From Candidatus Latescibacterota bacterium (GTDB lineage Bacteria; Latescibacterota; UBA2968; UBA8231): DNA of 64,000 nucleotides. The translations under genes were made by a program, and so were the position numbers. Within the stretch, counting starts at the first letter, position 1. Each line of letters begins with the position of its first letter. The notes under the pieces are model-generated. The model searched no databases. It had not been told where the DNA came from and saw nothing but the letters and a program-made list of their open reading frames with translations. Positions 39,595 through 49,068 of the stretch are shown piece after piece. The DNA lies in contig OZ252098.1 in the NCBI GenBank assembly GCA_965248355.1, positions 3,872,001 to 3,936,000 of the forward strand, read 5' to 3'.

Positions 39595-40785
39595 ATGAGG
39601 AAGCTCCGGGACGGCCTGAGCGAACGGACCCTCGCCTTCGAGCCGGGCTTCGAGGCGCACGGCGAGGTCGTGTGCCGCACCTTTCAGCCATCGTACGTCG
39701 TCATGGGCGACGGCACCCTGCTCGCCTTCTGCCAGGGGCGGTTCGGCGAAGGCCGCGACGACGATCCGAAGGTCGTCCTCATGAGCAGGAGCGACGATTG
39801 GGGCGCCACATGGTCGCGGGCGAAGGCCGTCTCGGGCCGGCTCACTCACTACGCCATGTCGGCGTACCTCTCAAAACGCGATGGACGGGAGCGCGTCTCC
39901 GTCCTGACCATGGTCGACTTGCGAGGCACGGAGGATCTCTACGGCAACGACCATGGCGCGATGCGGGAGCGGACCGGCATCGATATCGACGCCGTGGGGC
40001 GCGATACCCCGATGGTGCTGTGCCGGTTCGACTCCGACGACGGCGGAGATAGCTGGACAAGGGAGACGCTGCTCGGGGAGCGGTCGCCCCTGAACCGGCG
40101 GTATGCCGATGGGACGCTGATCATGTTCAACCCCGTGGGTCAGGTCCACGCGATTCCCGAGGGTCCCCACCGAGGCCGGTACATCCTCGGCGGCCCCGTC
40201 ACCGTCGTCCCCGAGGGAGAAGCCGTCAGCGACTACTTCCGCGACCATCCTCAGTCCGGCTCCGCCGTCATCTACAGTGACGATCAGGGCGAGACCTGGC
40301 GCACCGACGGCTTTCTCACCGACTACCTGGCCAACGAAGCTTCCGCTGTCTCGGTCCGACAGGGCGAGGAACTGCTGCTCGTGCGCAGGCTGAATCCACC
40401 GGACAGGTTCGAAGAGCGATCCCTCCCCGGGCAGGTGAGCCCTGGCCCGATGCGCCGCCTGGCCCACACCTCGGACGACTTCGGCAGGACCTGGTCGCGG
40501 CCCTTCCTGGTCGACATCAGCGGCGTCCTCTGCCACGGCACACTGGCCCGCTGCGGCCTGCGCCTGCTGTTCTCCATTCCCAATGGCTCCGGGCGCCGGC
40601 GCGGCGCCATCTATTTCAGCGACGACGAAGGCCGGAGCTGGCGCCACAAGGTCATCGAGTCAGGGACCTTTTCGTACAGCACCGTGGGCACTCTGAATGA
40701 ATCCCAGTACATCACCCTGTATGCGCGCGGCTCCATGGGGCAGGATGGAGTCGGATGCCGCGTCTTCGAGGACGAGTGGCTATGA
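39595..40785 (+). CDS. sialidase-like BNR/Asp-box protein
   Basis: DGTLLAFCQGR, five Asp boxes (SDDWGATW...SDDEGRSW), FSYS. Confidence 0.87.
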   Translation: MRKLRDGLSERTLAFEPGFEAHGEVVCRTFQPSYVVMGDGTLLAFCQGRFGEGRDDDPKVVLMSRSDDWGATWSRAKAVSGRLTHYAMSAYLSKRDGRERVSVLTMVDLRGTEDLYGNDHGAMRERTGIDIDAVGRDTPMVLCRFDSDDGGDSWTRETLLGERSPLNRRYADGTLIMFNPVGQVHAIPEGPHRGRYILGGPVTVVPEGEAVSDYFRDHPQSGSAVIYSDDQGETWRTDGFLTDYLANEASAVSVRQGEELLLVRRLNPPDRFEERSLPGQVSPGPMRRLAHTSDDFGRTWSRPFLVDISGVLCHGTLARCGLRLLFSIPNGSGRRRGAIYFSDDEGRSWRHKVIESGTFSYSTVGTLNESQYITLYARGSMGQDGVGCRVFEDEWL

Positions 40786-41897
40786 AGATCACCGACGTGA
40801 CCATCGACTGCTACGCCTGGCCGCGGCCGAAGCCGATCAGCAACGGCAAGTACACCTACAGGACGGTGGTGCTCAACCTCGTGCACGTGCACACCGACGA
40901 AGGGCTGTCGGGGATCGGCTGGGGCGGAGGCACCGCGGCCACCCGGCCCGGAGCCGTGGGCGAGGCCATGGTGGCCCACTTCCGGGAGGCCGTGATCGGC
41001 GAGGATCCCTTCGCCTACCGCCGCATCTGGGCGAACATGTGGCTGCCCAAGATCGTCGGGCGCCGGGGCATGTCGACGCACATCATCAGCGCCATCGACA
41101 TCGCCCTGTGGGACCTGATGGGGAAGGCCCTGGGGAAGCCGGTGCACAAGCTGCTCGGCGGCTTCACCGACCGCATCCCCGCCTACGTCGCCGGGGGCTA
41201 CTACGAGGAGGGGAAGGGGCTGAAGGAGCTGGCCCGGGAGATGGAGGAGAGCCTCGATCTCGGCGCCAGGGCGGTGAAGATGAAGGTGGGGGCCGTTCCC
41301 ATAAACGAGGATGTCGAGCGGGTGCGGGTGGTGCGCGAGGCGATCGGCCCCGACATCAAGCTCCTCGTCGACGCCAACAACGCCTATGCCGCGTACGAGG
41401 CGATCGAGCTGGCCAGAAAGATGGAGTCCTTCGACGTCTTCTGGTTCGAGGAGCCCGTGGCCCCCGACGACTACCGCGGCCACGCCCAGGTCGCCAGGGC
41501 GACGGCGATCCCCATCGCCACCGGCGAGAACGAGTACACCCGCTACGGCTTCCGCGACCTCATCGAGCACGACTCGGCCGCCATCTTCAACGCCGACGCG
41601 CAGATCCTCGGGGGCGTCACCGAGTTCATGAACGTCGCGGCCCTGGCCGCGGCGCAGGACCTGCGCATCGCCCCCCACGGCGCCCAGGAGATCCACATCC
41701 ACTTGGTGGCGGCGATCGCCAACGGGCTGATCCTCGAGTTCTACCGCGAGACCGTCGACCCCCTCCGGGGCCGCATCTTCAAGGAGCCGCTGAAGCTCGA
41801 CGCCGAGGGCTGCGTGGCCGTGCCGGACCGGCCCGGCCTGGGGATGGAGCCGGACTACGAGCTGTTGGAGCAGTACCGGGAAGGCCGCCATGCCTGA
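40782..41897 (+). CDS. mandelate racemase/muconate lactonizing enzyme family
   Basis: Start ATG 40782; SAIDIALWDL, KMKVG, VDAN, WFEEP, TGENE, IAPH, PDRPGLG. Confidence 0.93.
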   Translation: MKITDVTIDCYAWPRPKPISNGKYTYRTVVLNLVHVHTDEGLSGIGWGGGTAATRPGAVGEAMVAHFREAVIGEDPFAYRRIWANMWLPKIVGRRGMSTHIISAIDIALWDLMGKALGKPVHKLLGGFTDRIPAYVAGGYYEEGKGLKELAREMEESLDLGARAVKMKVGAVPINEDVERVRVVREAIGPDIKLLVDANNAYAAYEAIELARKMESFDVFWFEEPVAPDDYRGHAQVARATAIPIATGENEYTRYGFRDLIEHDSAAIFNADAQILGGVTEFMNVAALAAAQDLRIAPHGAQEIHIHLVAAIANGLILEFYRETVDPLRGRIFKEPLKLDAEGCVAVPDRPGLGMEPDYELLEQYREGRHA

Positions 41898-42717
41898 CAG
41901 CGCCATTCGCCCCGGTGAGCCGTTCACCGCACAAGAGACCGAACGCCTGGTCTCGCGGTTCCAGCGCGAGGGCTACTGCGACCTCGGACCGGTCCTGGAG
42001 ATGGAGGAGGTCGAGACCCTCCACGAGGACCTGCAGCGCAAGTGGGACGATCCCGCCATGCACGAGCCCGAGCGCGATCAGATCCGCGGCCGCAGCCTCA
42101 TGCGCATGTTCGAGTACTCCACGGCCTTCCGCGACCTCCTCGTCCGCGAGCCCTTCGCCAGCCTCGCCGAGGCGCTCCTCGGGGCGGACTGCCACTGCAT
42201 GTCCCAGAACGCCCTCTACACCCCTCCCGATCCCGACGCCGTCACCGACGGCCCCGGCGGCTGGCACATCGACGACCTCATCCACTTGCCGCTGCCGCCG
42301 CACATCCCCCGCCACTCTCCCGACGTGCCGCTGCCCTGCTTCGTGATGCAGATCTTCACGCCCCTCACCGACGTGGAGGAGCTGCGGCACGGCCCCACGC
42401 AGATCGTCCCGGGGAGCCACTACGCCGGGCGCCAGCCCGGCGTGCAGGACCAGCCCACCTTCGACGGCCACGGCCCCCACTCCTTCCTGGCCCGCCGCAC
42501 CCACGCCTACATGTTCAACAACCAGGTCTGGCACCGCGGCGCCCCCAACACCTCGGACCGCACCCGCCTCATGGGCGGCGTCACCTACAGCAAGCGGTTC
42601 GTCTCCCAGAAGTTCTACCCCTTCATCGACTACCGCGTGCCCGGCCACGTCTGGGAGGGCGCCTCGCCGCGGCTGCAGCGCATGCTCGGACGGCACGCCA
42701 AGGGCGCGTACGGGTGA
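41890..42717 (+). CDS. PhyH family dioxygenase
   Basis: FQREGY, WHIDD, PLTDV...GPTQIVPGSH, VWHRGAPNTSDRTR. Confidence 0.9.
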   Translation: MPDSAIRPGEPFTAQETERLVSRFQREGYCDLGPVLEMEEVETLHEDLQRKWDDPAMHEPERDQIRGRSLMRMFEYSTAFRDLLVREPFASLAEALLGADCHCMSQNALYTPPDPDAVTDGPGGWHIDDLIHLPLPPHIPRHSPDVPLPCFVMQIFTPLTDVEELRHGPTQIVPGSHYAGRQPGVQDQPTFDGHGPHSFLARRTHAYMFNNQVWHRGAPNTSDRTRLMGGVTYSKRFVSQKFYPFIDYRVPGHVWEGASPRLQRMLGRHAKGAYG

Positions 42718-42988
42718 AGGTCACCGGCATCGACATCCGGACCCTGCCGTACGACGAGGCAGGGCTGACCCGGCGCACCATCTACGTCGCCCGCCTGCCC
42801 GCCCCGACCCCGGGAACCCGAACTTCATGGTCCGGCCCGACTGGAGCCGCAGCTTGATGCCCATGAGCTTCGCGGCGTCCCTGGAAGACCGAGTGCTGGG
42901 ATGACGACGGCTCACCCGGCTTCAGCGCCATGATGGCGCGTCTCGAGCGGGGAGCGGGGCGGTGTTGGAAGGCGGCGGCGGGAGCTGA
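42714..42988 (+). pseudogene. internally deleted relic of an enolase-family paralog of gene 22011-23255
   Basis: VKVTGIDIRTLPYDEAGLTRRTIYV joined to RPDPGNPNFMVRPDWSRSLMPMSFAASL(fs)KTECWDDDGSPGFSAMMARLE; matches both termini of the 414-aa protein. Confidence 0.9.
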
Positions 42989-42990
42989 AC

Positions 42991-45069
42991 TCAGTGGTTG
43001 GCGGGGTCTTCGCCCACTGCCTGCAGATGCAGGACACTCATGCCGTAGACGATGAGGCGCGGAATCGTGAAGCGGACCGTCGACCCGCTCTCTTCGTGGT
43101 CCAGCAGAACCGGTTCCCGCATCTCCGGATAGTGCCACTCGACCCGCTCCACCCGAAAGCCGCCAGGAACTTCACACTCCGCCTGGAGCGGGCCAACGGG
43201 CAGCGGAATCTCGATGGCGGCTTCCTCGTCCTGCCGGTAGTTGATCCAGTGGATGACCACGGCGTCCACATCGTGCGGGTGCCAGGCGCGCACCCGCACG
43301 AACCAGGGCGCATCCGTGACCAGCCGGGGCCGGCCGACCAGTTCCTCCAGCTCCCGCAGGAACCGTTGGCCGAAGGGATCTTCCTCCAGCCTGGGATAGA
43401 TCGGCATCTCCTGCGGTATCCCCTTGATCGGCACCGTCTCGGGAGCCCAGGGTCCGTCGGGAATGTGCATGGCCCCTGGCGTGAGGCCGCTGATCGATCC
43501 GGCCGGCGGAGGTGCTCTCAGGGCCTGCAGCAGCGGCTGCTCGTGCGGTGACCCGTCGATGTCGAGGCGGCCGCTGTTGCCTGTGAAGACCAGGCGCCCT
43601 CCTGAACGGACGAACTCCTCCAGCCGCTCGCCCTCCGCCGCGCTGAGTCTCTGAATCTCCGGCAGGACGAGGGCCTCGTAGTCGCCGGCGCGCTCGATCA
43701 GCTGCTCGTCGAGGATGATGTCGAAGAGCCAGTGGGCGTCCTCCAGATGCTGCCCGATTCGCTTGAGGGCGTCGAGGCAGTCCATCTCCGCCTGCATCTC
43801 CGCTCTTCGGGGATAGACGACGGCGATCTGGGACCACGGGGCCGCCGGGTGCAGCAGCTCCTCGTGGTGGAGCATGAAGCGCTGGTAGCGGATGACGGGT
43901 CCGTAAAAGTCCTCCGGCGCGACGTTGCCGCTCTCCTCCTGTTGGACCCGCGGAGGCCCGGCGTGAAAGGCCAGGGCCGTGCCGTGATGGGCCATCGCCT
44001 CGCCGGCCCAGATGCGCCAGCGCTTGTAGTCGTACTTGTTGATGACGAAGGGCCTGCCGCCGCCGGCGGCGTACATGAAGCGGGACGGCAGTCCCATGTC
44101 GGCGAGGTAGCCCTGGGAGAGGGAGCTGACCGCCTTGGACGGCCCCTGGCTGTACCAGAGATAGTCCTCCCCCCGGGCCCACAACTCCGGCGGCAGCAGA
44201 GACCGTTCGTCGTGGGGCCGGAAGTCGTATTTGTGGTACCACTGCGCCAGCAGCAGATCGGGCTTGAGGGACCGCCCGTACTCGATGAAGACCTCGTCGA
44301 AGGACTCCTTGCGTTTGAGGCCCGACCCCTGTTCCAGGAGGAGGGGCAGACGCTGTGCCAGCTCTTCCGGGCAATCCGCACGGGGCGCGAAGACGTCGGG
44401 CACCTCCTCCAGGTCGGCGCATCCGAAGATCGCCTCCGTCTCTTCTTCCGTCAGTCGAGCGCCGAGATAGCGGCGCGCATAGTCGGAGCAGTGCCCGCAG
44501 TGGCAGAGGGACTCGTAGTGGTGGGTGGCATTGAAGCCGTCCAGCCCGAGCTCGAGGCCCTTGCGCACCATCGCCTTGAGGATCGCCAACCACCGTGGAT
44601 TGCTCATGCAGCCGCGATAGGTGCGATAGGGCCGGCCGGGGATGGTGCGCCAGCTCGGCGATCCGTCGGCATTGCGCTGCAGGACCTCTTCGGGGCCGGC
44701 GCACGGCGGCGGGCCCAGCAGATCGTCGGTCCACATGCGCGCCCAGTTCGGGCCGAAAAGGCCGATCCCTTCCTCGTGATTCCCGAAGTGCATGGTCGTC
44801 GACAACTGCCCCGTGACGAGGGCCCCGGCTTCCTGTATCCGGGAGATGACCTCGGCGGCCAGGTCCAGGTTGGCCTTCACACCGCCCAGGGGCATGCCCG
44901 ACCACGACGGTTCGACACTCTCGTCGCCGGCCAGGGAATAGAATTCGACCCCGAAGTTGCCCACCTGCACCAGTTGGATCCTGGCCCGGCGCACGTGGTC
45001 GAGGACCTGCGGCGCGTCCGGCAGGATCCAGTGCTCGATGATTCGGCTTATGCGGCGGTATGCAGCCAT
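42991..45069 (-). CDS. hypothetical protein, GH42-like TIM barrel plus beta-galactosidase trimerisation (GATase-like) domain
   Basis: GCMSNPRW, GLDGFN, CHCGHC cysteine cluster, IAVVYP, YEALVLP...FVRSGGRLV. Confidence 0.65.
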   Translation of the reverse strand: MAAYRRISRIIEHWILPDAPQVLDHVRRARIQLVQVGNFGVEFYSLAGDESVEPSWSGMPLGGVKANLDLAAEVISRIQEAGALVTGQLSTTMHFGNHEEGIGLFGPNWARMWTDDLLGPPPCAGPEEVLQRNADGSPSWRTIPGRPYRTYRGCMSNPRWLAILKAMVRKGLELGLDGFNATHHYESLCHCGHCSDYARRYLGARLTEEETEAIFGCADLEEVPDVFAPRADCPEELAQRLPLLLEQGSGLKRKESFDEVFIEYGRSLKPDLLLAQWYHKYDFRPHDERSLLPPELWARGEDYLWYSQGPSKAVSSLSQGYLADMGLPSRFMYAAGGGRPFVINKYDYKRWRIWAGEAMAHHGTALAFHAGPPRVQQEESGNVAPEDFYGPVIRYQRFMLHHEELLHPAAPWSQIAVVYPRRAEMQAEMDCLDALKRIGQHLEDAHWLFDIILDEQLIERAGDYEALVLPEIQRLSAAEGERLEEFVRSGGRLVFTGNSGRLDIDGSPHEQPLLQALRAPPPAGSISGLTPGAMHIPDGPWAPETVPIKGIPQEMPIYPRLEEDPFGQRFLRELEELVGRPRLVTDAPWFVRVRAWHPHDVDAVVIHWINYRQDEEAAIEIPLPVGPLQAECEVPGGFRVERVEWHYPEMREPVLLDHEESGSTVRFTIPRLIVYGMSVLHLQAVGEDPANH

Positions 45070-45209
45070 TCTTCGCCTCGGTTGGGGGCAATGCCCCACT
45101 CTACGGGAGGTTCGAATTCACCCTCGAGCGATCTACCCACGGACGGCACGACCAAGATGCCGATAGCAGCATCCACGAGGCCGGCGCTCCACCGGATCGA
45201 GTGGCGCCG

Positions 45210-45362
45210 GAGTCACCAACCAACACTCATCCAGGAGGCCCAGAGACCCGAGCGCCAGCGAGGGGCTCGCCATGCCCTCGATCCACCCCAAGTCGATAGC
45301 TCCCCCAAACACGCCCGGCGTACGCGCCGCCAAAGGCGCGGCCGGAGCCGCCGGCACCGCCC
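45210..45362 (+). repeat. structured intergenic repeat, copy 3 (central cassette and right arm; left arm replaced by a different hairpin at 45181-45210)
   Basis: CATCCAGGAGGCCCAGAGACCCGAGCGCCAGCGAGGGGCTCGCC...CGATAGCTCC...GCCCGGCGTACGCGCCGCC...GCCGCCGGCACCGCCC. Confidence 0.88.
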
Positions 45363-45389
45363 GTCCCGGGATAACCCAAGGGACACCCA

Positions 45390-46844
45390 TCAACACCGCA
45401 CCACATCCTCGACATCCTCCACCGCCAGCGTGTCCCCATGCACCGGCTGCACCGCCTCGCCCCACGCCTCCAGCACCTCTGCATCCCGCATCAGCTGGGC
45501 GCTGCGCCGCGCCACCCGCTCGGGGTCCCAGCCCGCATAGAGCTGGTCCAGCAACTCCCGCCGCACCGCGGCGCACGCGACATCGCCGGCCAGGTCGTTC
45601 CACTCGCCCGGGTCGTCCTCCAGGTTGAACAGGGCCGGAGGCGTGTCCCCGTGATAGGCATAGAGCTTCCACGGTCCCTGCCGGATCATTCGCGAGGGAG
45701 GATCGCCGCGGGTGGGGCCCAGCTCGCTGAAGGTGGTATCGGGGCGGGAGTCGTCCGGCAGGCCCCGCAGCTCGCTCCACAGAGAATGGCCGTCGGCCCC
45801 GGGCAGAGGCTCGCCGCCGGCGACTTCCACGGCGGTGGGTGCCCAATCGAGCAGATTGCAGATCGCCCGGTTCTCCACGCCCGCCGGCACCACCCCGGGC
45901 AGGCGGGCGATGAGGGGGACGCCCACCGAGCCTTCGTAGTAGTTGCTCTTCCACCAGCAGCCGTGCTCGCCGGCCATCTCCCCGTGGTCGCTGGCGTAGA
46001 CCACCAGGGTGTTGTCGCCGAGGCCGGTCTCGTCGAGCTTGTCGAGGAGCTGGCCCACCTTGCGGTCGAAGTACTCGCACAGACCGAAGTAGGCGGCCCT
46101 CGCCACGCGGATGCGCTCGGCGGGGAGGGGCTCGTCGATGCCGCGGTGCCTCTTGAAATTGCTCACCGCCGCCGGCTCCCCGGCCGGGTCGGGTTGGGGC
46201 ACGTCGACGCGGTCGTAGTAGTAGTCGTAGAGATCCCTGGGAGCGAAGAACGGGCAGTGGGGCAGCAGGAATCCGGCCACCGCGGCAAAGGGCCGGTCGT
46301 GCCCTTGCGCCTTCTCCTCCAGGTAGGCGCAAGCCGCGTCGGCGACGCGGTCGTCAAAGGCCTGGTACGTGGTGCGGCCGTGCCCGGCGATCTCGACGCT
46401 TTCGCGGGTCTGGCCTGAGGTGCTGGCGGGGATCTCCTTGAACATGGGACCGCCCGGCTGGGCGGCGCCCGGATGCAGGGCGCTGTACTCGCCGATGGGC
46501 CGGCGCTCGAAGCCGTGGCGCTGGTCGGCGCCGACAAAGTGCATGCGGCCGATCAGGGCGGTCTCGTATCCGGCGGCGCCCACGGCATGGGCCCAGGTGG
46601 GCAGGGCCGAGCTGAGGATGTGCTCGTTGAGCCAGACCTCGTTGGCGCTGGGCCGCCGTCCGGTCATGAAGGCCATGCGCGCCGGCACGCACAGGGGCGA
46701 GGGGGTGTATGCATTGACGAAGCGCATGCCCTCGCCGGCCAGGCGGTCGAGGTGCGGGGTGCGCACCACGGAATCACCGTAGCAGCCGAGGTGGAACTTG
46801 CTGTGCTGGTCGGAGAGGATGAAGAGGATGTTGGGGCGGTTCAT
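45390..46844 (-). CDS. Cys-type formylglycine sulfatase (choline-sulfatase-like)
   Basis: RPNILFILSDQH, CVPARMAFMTG (CxPxR), GRMH, PHCP, SDHGEMAGEHG; no signal peptide. Confidence 0.94.
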   Translation of the reverse strand: MNRPNILFILSDQHSKFHLGCYGDSVVRTPHLDRLAGEGMRFVNAYTPSPLCVPARMAFMTGRRPSANEVWLNEHILSSALPTWAHAVGAAGYETALIGRMHFVGADQRHGFERRPIGEYSALHPGAAQPGGPMFKEIPASTSGQTRESVEIAGHGRTTYQAFDDRVADAACAYLEEKAQGHDRPFAAVAGFLLPHCPFFAPRDLYDYYYDRVDVPQPDPAGEPAAVSNFKRHRGIDEPLPAERIRVARAAYFGLCEYFDRKVGQLLDKLDETGLGDNTLVVYASDHGEMAGEHGCWWKSNYYEGSVGVPLIARLPGVVPAGVENRAICNLLDWAPTAVEVAGGEPLPGADGHSLWSELRGLPDDSRPDTTFSELGPTRGDPPSRMIRQGPWKLYAYHGDTPPALFNLEDDPGEWNDLAGDVACAAVRRELLDQLYAGWDPERVARRSAQLMRDAEVLEAWGEAVQPVHGDTLAVEDVEDVVRC

Positions 46845-46903
46845 GGCTTTGGACTGGCAGGCGCGAGTAATTTAGGACGCCCGATACCTCCAGCAAGAGA
46901 GCG

Positions 46904-48145
46904 ATGCAGAGCGTGAGACTCGCCAGAGGGAGCGTCCTCGAGCCCCTGGCCAACGGGGATTTCGTGCGCCTGTGGCTGGCCAACGGCCTCTGGTGGCAGG
47001 CCATGTGGATGGAGATGCTGGCCCTGGGGTGGCTCGCCCTGGAGCTGACCAACTCCCCGTGGTGGGTCCAGGTCATCGCCTTCTACCGCGCCGTTCCCCT
47101 GCTGATCGTGGGTCTCTTCGGAGCCGTGATCACCGATCGCTTCAGGCGGCGCTACATCGTCCAGATCCTGCAGCTGGTCAATGTCCTGGGGCTGGGGCTG
47201 CTGGCCCTCCTGCTCTACCATGGAGAGCTGGAGGTGTGGCACCTGTCGGTTGTGTCGCTGGTGCTGGGGGCCGCCTGGGCGCTGGACTGGCCCACCCGCC
47301 GCAGCATGGTGCCGGATCTCGTCGGCAAGGCCCGCATCGTCGACGCCATGGTGCTGGAGAACGTCATCCAGGGGATTACGCGCATAGCCGGCCCCCTGGC
47401 GGCGGGCTACGTGACCGCGGCCTATGGCAGCCTGGGCGCCCTGCTGGTGCTGGTCGGGCTGGGCACCATGGGGCTGATCCTGCTGGCCGGCATGAAGACG
47501 GACTCCAGGGCACCGGCCAGGGGCACCTTGGCGGCGGGGTGGGCCGGCCGGCAGGGATGGGCCAGTCTGCGCGCCTCGGCCCCGATCTTCGGCGTCTTCC
47601 TCGTCACCGTCCTCATGAACATCTGGACCTTCCCCTACATGAACCTGCTGCCCGTCTTCGCGCGGGACGTGTACGGCCTCGGCCCGGAAGCGATGGGGTG
47701 GCTGGGTGCCGCCGGTGGGGCCGGGACGATCGTGGGACTCGCCGCCGTCCAGCTCGGCCGCAGGAACCTGAGCAACGAGTGGGTCTTCGTGGGCGGCTCC
47801 CTGCTCTCGTGCATGGGCATCGCCGCCTTCGCCTTCAGCGGAACCCTTGGCCTCGCTCTCGTGATGCTGTTCTGCTCCGGCCTGGGGCAGGCCGGCTTCA
47901 GCATCATGCAGAGCAGCATCATCCTGGTGGAGTCCTCGGACGAGATGCGCAGCCGGGCCATGAGCACCCTGGTCGTGGCCATCGGCGTCGGCCCCATCGG
48001 CCGCCTGCAGAGCGGGGCCCTGGCCGAGACCTGGGGAGCCCAGGGAGCCGTGGGCATCATGGCCGTCCTGGGGGCGCTGGGGATTGCGGCGACGGCGGTC
48101 TTCCTGCGGGGATTCGTGGGCCGGAGAGAGCGAGCCGCCCCATGA
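46904..48145 (+). CDS. MFS transporter
   Basis: About 12 hydrophobic helices; GAVITDRFRRR, DEMRSRAMS. Confidence 0.92.
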   Translation: MQSVRLARGSVLEPLANGDFVRLWLANGLWWQAMWMEMLALGWLALELTNSPWWVQVIAFYRAVPLLIVGLFGAVITDRFRRRYIVQILQLVNVLGLGLLALLLYHGELEVWHLSVVSLVLGAAWALDWPTRRSMVPDLVGKARIVDAMVLENVIQGITRIAGPLAAGYVTAAYGSLGALLVLVGLGTMGLILLAGMKTDSRAPARGTLAAGWAGRQGWASLRASAPIFGVFLVTVLMNIWTFPYMNLLPVFARDVYGLGPEAMGWLGAAGGAGTIVGLAAVQLGRRNLSNEWVFVGGSLLSCMGIAAFAFSGTLGLALVMLFCSGLGQAGFSIMQSSIILVESSDEMRSRAMSTLVVAIGVGPIGRLQSGALAETWGAQGAVGIMAVLGALGIAATAVFLRGFVGRRERAAP

Positions 48146-48654
48146 GAGAGAGCCGATGCGTCCTCTTCGATTGGGGCAACACCTTGATGCGGGACTTCCC
48201 GGACTACAAGGGGCCCATGGCTGTCTGGCCCCATGTCGAGACCCTGCCCAACGTCAAGGAGGTGCTCATTCAACTGCGCCCCCAGTGGACGCTGGCCCTC
48301 GCTACCAATGCCGCCGCCTCGGATGAGGCCGCCGTCTGGAGAGCACTCGAACGGGGAGGCATCGCTCCCCTGCTGGACAAGGTCTACTGTTTCCAGAAGA
48401 TCGGCCACAGCAAGCCGGCGCAGGGGTTCTTCGACTACATAGTCAGGGACCTGCCCATGGAGAGAGACCGCATCGTCATGGTAGGCGATGACTTCGAGAA
48501 CGACATCCTCGGAGCTAGCCGCGCAGGCATCCGAAGCATCTGGTTGAACCAGTCATCAGATGAAGCCAGGGTCGGGGAGTTGTACCAGACCATCCACGAT
48601 CTCCGATCCCTGCCGGATCTACTCTCCACTCTTGCCACCGACGCCGATGCTTGA
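48142..48654 (+). CDS. HAD-superfamily hydrolase
   Basis: ATG 48142; VLFDWGNTL, ATN, HSKP, MVGDDFENDILGASRAG. Confidence 0.9.
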   Translation: MRESRCVLFDWGNTLMRDFPDYKGPMAVWPHVETLPNVKEVLIQLRPQWTLALATNAAASDEAAVWRALERGGIAPLLDKVYCFQKIGHSKPAQGFFDYIVRDLPMERDRIVMVGDDFENDILGASRAGIRSIWLNQSSDEARVGELYQTIHDLRSLPDLLSTLATDADA

Positions 48655-48838
48655 TCCCCGCGCCAAAGCCCCTCCATTCACGATCTCCAATCCCTGATCC
48701 CGGCATGAAAGTCCCCTCTCGCTCCCACCCACGCCCCGTCGACAAAATCCCCCGGCGCCGATTCTGCACCATTCGCTGCCGTCGCCCAACTCTCCCCTCT
48801 CTCACAGGCCCCGATGCCTACCAAAACTCTCCCTTCGA

Positions 48839-49039
48839 GGGCGGCGCCGGCGGCGCAGCCCGCGCCGAGGCGGCGCACTACGCCGGGCGGGTCAACAACC
48901 CATCCGCATCCCGAAGGCCCAGAGACCCGAGCGCAGCGAGGGGCTCGCCAGCCCTGAGGATCCCCTTGAGCGATAGTTCCACCAACCAGCACAGGCGTAC
49001 GCGCCGCCCGAGGCGCGGGCGGAGCCGCCGGCGACGCCC
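48839..49039 (+). repeat. structured intergenic repeat, copy 4 (complete, with compensatory changes)
   Basis: Both arms and central cassette; GCCCGCGCC/GGCGCGGGC instead of GGCCGCGCC/GGCGCGGCC. Confidence 0.92.
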
Positions 49040-49068
49040 ACGCCAGGAGACCCCCCAAAGGCTGACCG

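Noticed and set aside
48655..48838. C-rich, strand-skewed spacer before repeat copy 4
   Set aside because: No ORF, repeat or fold I can support.
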